From: Octopus sinensis
Lineage: Eukaryota
Direction: 5' to 3'
Length of the DNA: 10,435 bases
Assembly (NCBI RefSeq): GCF_006345805.1
Contig: NW_021827427.1
Coordinates: forward strand, 1-10,435
The notes beneath the pieces are model-generated. The model was not told the DNA's origin. It searched no databases and saw nothing but the letters and a program-made list of their open reading frames with translations. The position numbers and the translations under genes are program-made. The stretch's first letter is position 1. The number at the start of each line of letters is the position of its first letter. Shown in pieces: positions 6,263-10,435 of this stretch.

Positions 6263-6565
6263 TATGGGTAAAAGTAAGAAGAAGAAAAGCGAAAATGCAA
6301 ATTGAATATCAATAAAAACAAGGGCTTTTTTTATGAAAAAAGTGGCGATGAATAAATACAATTAGATGAATTGAGGTAGAAATAAGAGGAATTAAATTCA
6401 TTATTTTGAATCGTTGAAGAGATTCAAAGTCAGACCGGTGTCGCCATTGCTGTGAGCAGTGAGCAGCAATGGCGACACTGTGCAAATTCAGGTTTTTTTT
6501 TCTTACTTTCTCCATAACTTTTCCACGTGTAGTTTCTATTTTCTTTTCGAAACATATTTCTATCA

Positions 6566-6945
6566 TACTCTTTTACTCTTTTACTTGTTTCAGTCATTTG
6601 ACTGCGGCCATGCTGGAGCACCGCCTTTTAGTCGAGCAAATCGACCCCGGGACTTATTCTTTTTGTAAGCCCAGTACTTATTCTATCGGGCTCTTTTGCC
6701 GAACCGCTAAGTGACGGGGACGTAAACACACCAGCATCGGTTGTCAAGCAATGTTGGGGGGACAAACACACACACATACTCATATATATATATATATACA
6801 TATATACGACAGGCTTCTTTCAGTTTCCGTCTACCAAATCCACTCACAAGGCATTGGTCGGCCCGGGGTTATAGCAGAAGACACTTGCCCAAGATGCCAC
6901 GTAGTGGGACTGAACCAGGAACCATGTGGTTGGTTAGCAACTCCT
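6566..6945 (-). mobile_element. SINE family A, near full length, with the A-box region deleted
   Basis: Matches the other copies. At the head, agcaa|ctcct lacks the gctacttaccacacagcca segment present at 3683-3701. Confidence 0.92.
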
Positions 6946-7160
6946 ATTCTTTTATTTTTTATTTGTTTCAGACATTTGACTGCGACCATGCTGGAACACC
7001 GCCTTTACTCGAACCAATGGACTGCAGGACTTATTCTTTGTAAGCCTAGTACTTATTCTATCGGTTACTTTTGCTTTACCGGGACGTAAACACATCATCA
7101 TCGGTTGTCAAGAGATGGTGGAGGGACAAACACAAACACACACACACACACACATACACA
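6946..7160 (-). mobile_element. SINE family A 3' half, tandem to the previous copy and ending at its internal (AC)n tract
   Basis: tttgtttcagacatttgactgcgaccatgctggaacaccgcc...gggacaaacacaaacacacac. Confidence 0.88.
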
Positions 7161-7175
7161 CAAGGTTTGCCAAAA

Positions 7176-7376
7176 GTCACCCGACAGTAAATCAAATTCC
7201 GTAATTACTATCTGTAATTCTGTATTGACGGGAATGGAAAAATGTGTCGCTGAACAAGGACTTTAGTTTGAACAATTTTCATGATATTTCATATTTAGAT
7301 GCTTTTATTAATTCCCTCAGTTTTTAAACATAAATAAATCTTGGAATTAAATCGTTTTGATTTACTGTCAGGTGAC
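7176..7376. mobile_element. MITE-like element, 201 bp, with 21-bp terminal inverted repeats (20/21 match)
   Basis: gtcacccgacagtaaatcaaa (7176-7196) versus tttgatttactgtcaggtgac (7356-7376), with an AT-rich non-coding interior. Confidence 0.65.
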
Positions 7377-7383
7377 ACATACA

Positions 7384-7500
7384 CGCACATGCGCGCACAG
7401 GAACGAAGTGCATTTCGTCGCATCGGCTTCGGTTTCGCCTTTCCATGTCACTTCACATTTTCCTTCGCCATGTTTTCGCTTTCATCACTCGCCGTTCCCA
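7384..7500. promoter_or_regulatory. CpG-dense non-repeat patch with YY1-like (cgccatgttt) and NRF1-like (gcacatgcgc) motifs; candidate promoter
   Basis: About 13 CpG in 111 bp within AT-rich surroundings. Motif matches are by eye only. Confidence 0.3.
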
Positions 7501-7604
7501 TCCAACCGAGATTTACATCATATCCATCCAACAGTATCTAGTATCTATGTATAAATCAGTAACTCATCCGAAGTCTCTTGTTAATCTCCTCACCTGCCAT
7601 TATT

Positions 7605-7992
7605 GGATGGAAGCACTCCGTCGGTTACGACGACGAGGGTTCCGGTTGATCCGATCAACGGAACAGCCTGCTCGTGAAATTAACGTGTAAGTGGCTGAGC
7701 ACTCCACAGACACGTGTACCCTTAACGCAGTTCTCGGGGATATTCAGCGTGACACAGAGAGTAACAAGGCCGGCCCCTTGAAATACAGGTACAACAGAAA
7801 CAGGAAGAAAGAGTGAGAGAAAGTTGTGGTGAAAGAGTACAGCAGGGATCACCACCATCCCCTGCCGGAGCCTCGTGGAGCTTTTAGGTGTTTTCGCTCA
7901 ATAAACACTCACAACGCCCGGTCTGGGAATCGAAACCGCGATCCTACGACCGCGATTCCGCTGCCCTAACCACTGGGCCATTGCGCCTCCAC
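7605..7992 (-). mobile_element. Full-length tRNA-derived SINE family D with target-site duplication
   Basis: Head gtggaggcgcaatggcccagtggttaggg has an A-box TGGCCCAGTGG and a B-box-like ggtttcgattccc. The element is flanked by cacctgccattatt (7591-7604) and caccagccattatt (7992-8005), 13/14 identical. Confidence 0.9.
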
Positions 7993-8745
7993 ACCAGCCA
8001 TTATTATAAAACAAGGGAATGTTTAATTAGACAACATGTAAATAAATCATTGTACGCTTACGCATTATTGTCAGCAATAAGTTTAATAAATAGCGAGCTA
8101 ATACTTATAGTATATTCACAGATTTAATTAAGGCATCGATTGTTTAGACAAGATCGATAATCTGTTAAAATTCTTCCTTTCTATAGCTGCCGTGATGAAG
8201 ATTCTGATCTTACGCAACGATAATTATCAACAATAGATACAACGGACGTACACGCTCATAGGAACTTCTTATGAAAATAATTAGCTACACAGTTAATTAA
8301 TTAAATATTTAATTAATTTCATATATACATACATGTATAAAGAGAGTGACATTCAGTTTCATGGTTTCTTACACCTTGGCCAGATGTTTCGACTCCCGTG
8401 CACACGGAGGAGAAAAGAGTGTTAAAAACGTCTGGCCGTGTCGAATGTGCCTACTCTGTATGTAACCTTAATTTCTATTGCTTTTATTGATCAAGAACAT
8501 GATCAATCAATTGGAAATTCTCATTGCCTTTTCCCTCTATCGATCTTTTATCTAATGCTTTATCTAACTTTCTTTCTAAAGCTGTCGTGATAAAGGCCTT
8601 CATCTAAAGGAATTGTAAAGTTCTCAAACATCGCTGACATAAAGGATCGTGGGGGCATCTTATGAAAATAATTAATCATGCACGGTTCAGTGCATTTTTG
8701 ATTAACAGATCCCATGGTTCACATAAAGAGCATTGTGGCTCATTC

Positions 8746-8774
8746 TATCATCATCATCATTATTATTATTATTA

Positions 8775-8809
<35 letters not shown>

Positions 8810-8826
8810 GTTGTTGTTGTTATTAA
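8746..8826. repeat. (ATC)n(ATT)n(GTT)n compound trinucleotide microsatellite
   Basis: Visible run. Similar tracts occur at 9041-9103 and 9561-9614. Confidence 0.95.
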
Positions 8827-8827
8827 A

Positions 8828-9050
8828 GGCGGTGAGCTGGCAGATTCGTTAGCATTCTGAACGAAATACTTAGCGGTATTTCACCCGTCGCTACGTTCTG
8901 AGTTCAAATTCCGTCGAGGTCAACTTTGCCTTTCATGCTTTCGGAGTCGATAAATTAAATACCAGTGATTCACTGGAGTTGATGGAATTGACTGCCCCCA
9001 CCCCTCAAATTTCAGGCCTTAAGTCTTTAGTAGAAAGAGGATTATTATTA
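8828..9050 (+). mobile_element. SINE family B, copy 1 of a head-to-tail trio
   Basis: ggcggtgagctggcagattcgttagc head, gagttcaaattcc B-box, gaggtcaactttgcctttcatgctttcggagtcgataaa central domain, and (ATT)n tail. Confidence 0.9.
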
Positions 9051-9109
9051 TTATCATCATCATCATCATCATCATCATCATTATTATTATTATTATTATT
9101 ATTGTGGCA

Positions 9110-9330
9110 AGCGGCAAGCTGACAGAATCGTTAGCACGCCGGGTAAACTGCTTAGCGGCATTTCATCCGTCTTCACTTTCTGGGTTCAAATTCCACCGAG
9201 GTTGATTTTGTCTTTTCATCATTTCGGGGGTCAATAAAATAAGTACCAGTGACACACTGGGGTTGATGTAATCGAGTCACCCACTCCCTCGTACCTGCTG
9301 GCCTTGTGCCAAAGTTTGAAACCATTGTTA
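9110..9330 (+). mobile_element. SINE family B, copy 2
   Basis: gcggcaagctgacagaatcgttagcacgccggg...gggttcaaattcc...aataagtaccagtgacacactgggg...ggccttgtgccaaagtttgaaacc. Confidence 0.9.
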
Positions 9331-9359
9331 TTGTTATTATAATCGTCATCGTTATTATT

Positions 9360-9550
9360 GAGGGGTAAACTACCCGAATCGCCAACACTCCAGACAAAAT
9401 GCTTAAAGGCATTTCGTCCGGCTTTGCGTTAGGATTTCAAATTCCGCTGAGTCCGACCGACTTTACCTCTCATCCCTTTCGGGAACGATGTAATATACTA
9501 ACCTACTGCCCCCAAAATATCAGGCCTTGTGCCTATAGTATAAAGGATTT
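9360..9550 (+). mobile_element. SINE family B, copy 3 (degraded, internally deleted)
   Basis: gaatcgccaacactccagacaaaatgcttaaaggcatttcgtcc...caaattccgctgag...caggccttgtgcctatagta. Confidence 0.75.
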
Positions 9551-9650
9551 TTATCATAAGTGTTGATGTTGTTGTCGCTGCTGCTGCTGCTGTTGTTGTT
9601 GTTGTTGTTGTTATTAAGGAGAAGTGAGAAATTGCGTATATTTACTCATT

Positions 9651-9803
9651 GGCGCAGGAGTGGATGTGTGGTAAGTAGCTTGCTTACCAACCACATGGCC
9701 CTCGGTTCAGTCCCATTGCGTGGCACCTTGGGCAAGTGTCTTCTACTATAGCCTTGTGAGTGGAAATTGTAGACGGAAACTGAAAGAAGCCCGTGTATAT
9801 TTG

Positions 9804-9889
<86 letters not shown>

Positions 9890-9968
9890 TGTGTGTATAT
9901 GTTGTGTGTCTGTGTTTGTCCCTTCAACATCGCTTGACAACCGATACTGGTGTGTTTACGTCCCCGTA
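9651..9968 (+). mobile_element. SINE family A, 3'-truncated, with an expanded internal (AT)n (9803-9886) and an agcc-microhomology deletion
   Basis: Head ggcgcaggagtggatgtgtggtaag. tatagcc|ttgtgag lacks the cggccgaccaatgcc segment of 5198-5612. The element stops at gtttacgtccccgtaa. Confidence 0.9.
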
Positions 9969-10286
9969 AAGATCAAACCAGTTCTGACCAGATTTTGATT
10001 CCACTGTAAAGATCAAACCAGTTCTGACCAGGCTTTGGTTCCACTGTAAAGATCAAACCAGTTCTGACCGAGTTTTAATTCTACTGTAAATATCAAACCA
10101 GTTCTGACCGGGTTTTGATCCAACTGTTAGAATCAAACCAGTTCTGACTAGGTTTTGATTCCACTGTAAAGATCAAACCAGTTCTGACCGGGTTTTGATT
10201 CCACTGTAAAGATCAAACCAGTTCTGACTGGGCTTTGATTCCACTGTAAAGATCAAACCAGTTCATGACCAGGTTTCGATTCCTGT
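9966..10286. repeat. 40-bp minisatellite, 8 units (starts 9966, 10006, ... 10246)
   Basis: Unit gtaaagatcaaaccagttctgaccgggttttgattccact with scattered substitutions. Confidence 0.97.
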
Positions 10287-10435
10287 ACAAACGTCGCAAA
10301 TACTCAAGGACTCTCATAATTTCATTCAAGTCTGATTTATTTCTAAGAGACACCAGTATTTCAACCGTTTTCTAAAACATTTGCTCTCTGATTTTCACAG
10401 CAAAGCAAAAAAGAAAAATGCTTTTCCTTATTCAC

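Noticed and set aside
6436-6480. Helitron 3' hairpin or Tc1 TIR pair
   Set aside because: No CTRR|T terminus at the expected distance on either strand, and no TA target duplication flanking the CAGT-starting arm.
7920-7992. tRNA gene
   Set aside because: It has A and B boxes but no acceptor-stem closure, and it continues into a 300-bp body flanked by a TSD, so it is a SINE head.
4486-9998. Remaining short ORFs in the track (60-113 aa)
   Set aside because: They mostly fall in SINEs or microsatellites (YIYIYI, LLLL), mostly use alternative starts, and show no recognisable domain.
9966-10286. CRISPR array or coding repeat (e.g. C2H2 zinc fingers)
   Set aside because: No spacers, the 40-bp period is not a multiple of three, and there is no long ORF or HTGEKP-type motif.

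Overview
AT-rich, repeat-dense eukaryotic DNA. The SINE families, (AT)n tracts and Penelope-like remnants look like an octopod cephalopod genome (inferred from recalled repeat families, not from a search). The only supportable protein-coding feature is an uninterrupted 261-aa minus-strand ORF (371-1156). It encodes a CD225/dispanin (IFITM/PRRT/SynDIG-like) membrane protein with an unusual Cys/Gly-rich N-terminus, and its C-terminal coding end is degenerately duplicated downstream. The rest is a mosaic of at least four tRNA-derived SINE families, microsatellites, a 201-bp TIR-bounded MITE-like element, a 68-bp satellite made from a SINE tail and a 40-bp hairpin satellite. The most interesting signal is three related cassettes with the layout of minimal type I hammerhead ribozymes of the Penelope-associated kind (best copy 1487-1528). 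All three carry U instead of the canonical A at core position 6.
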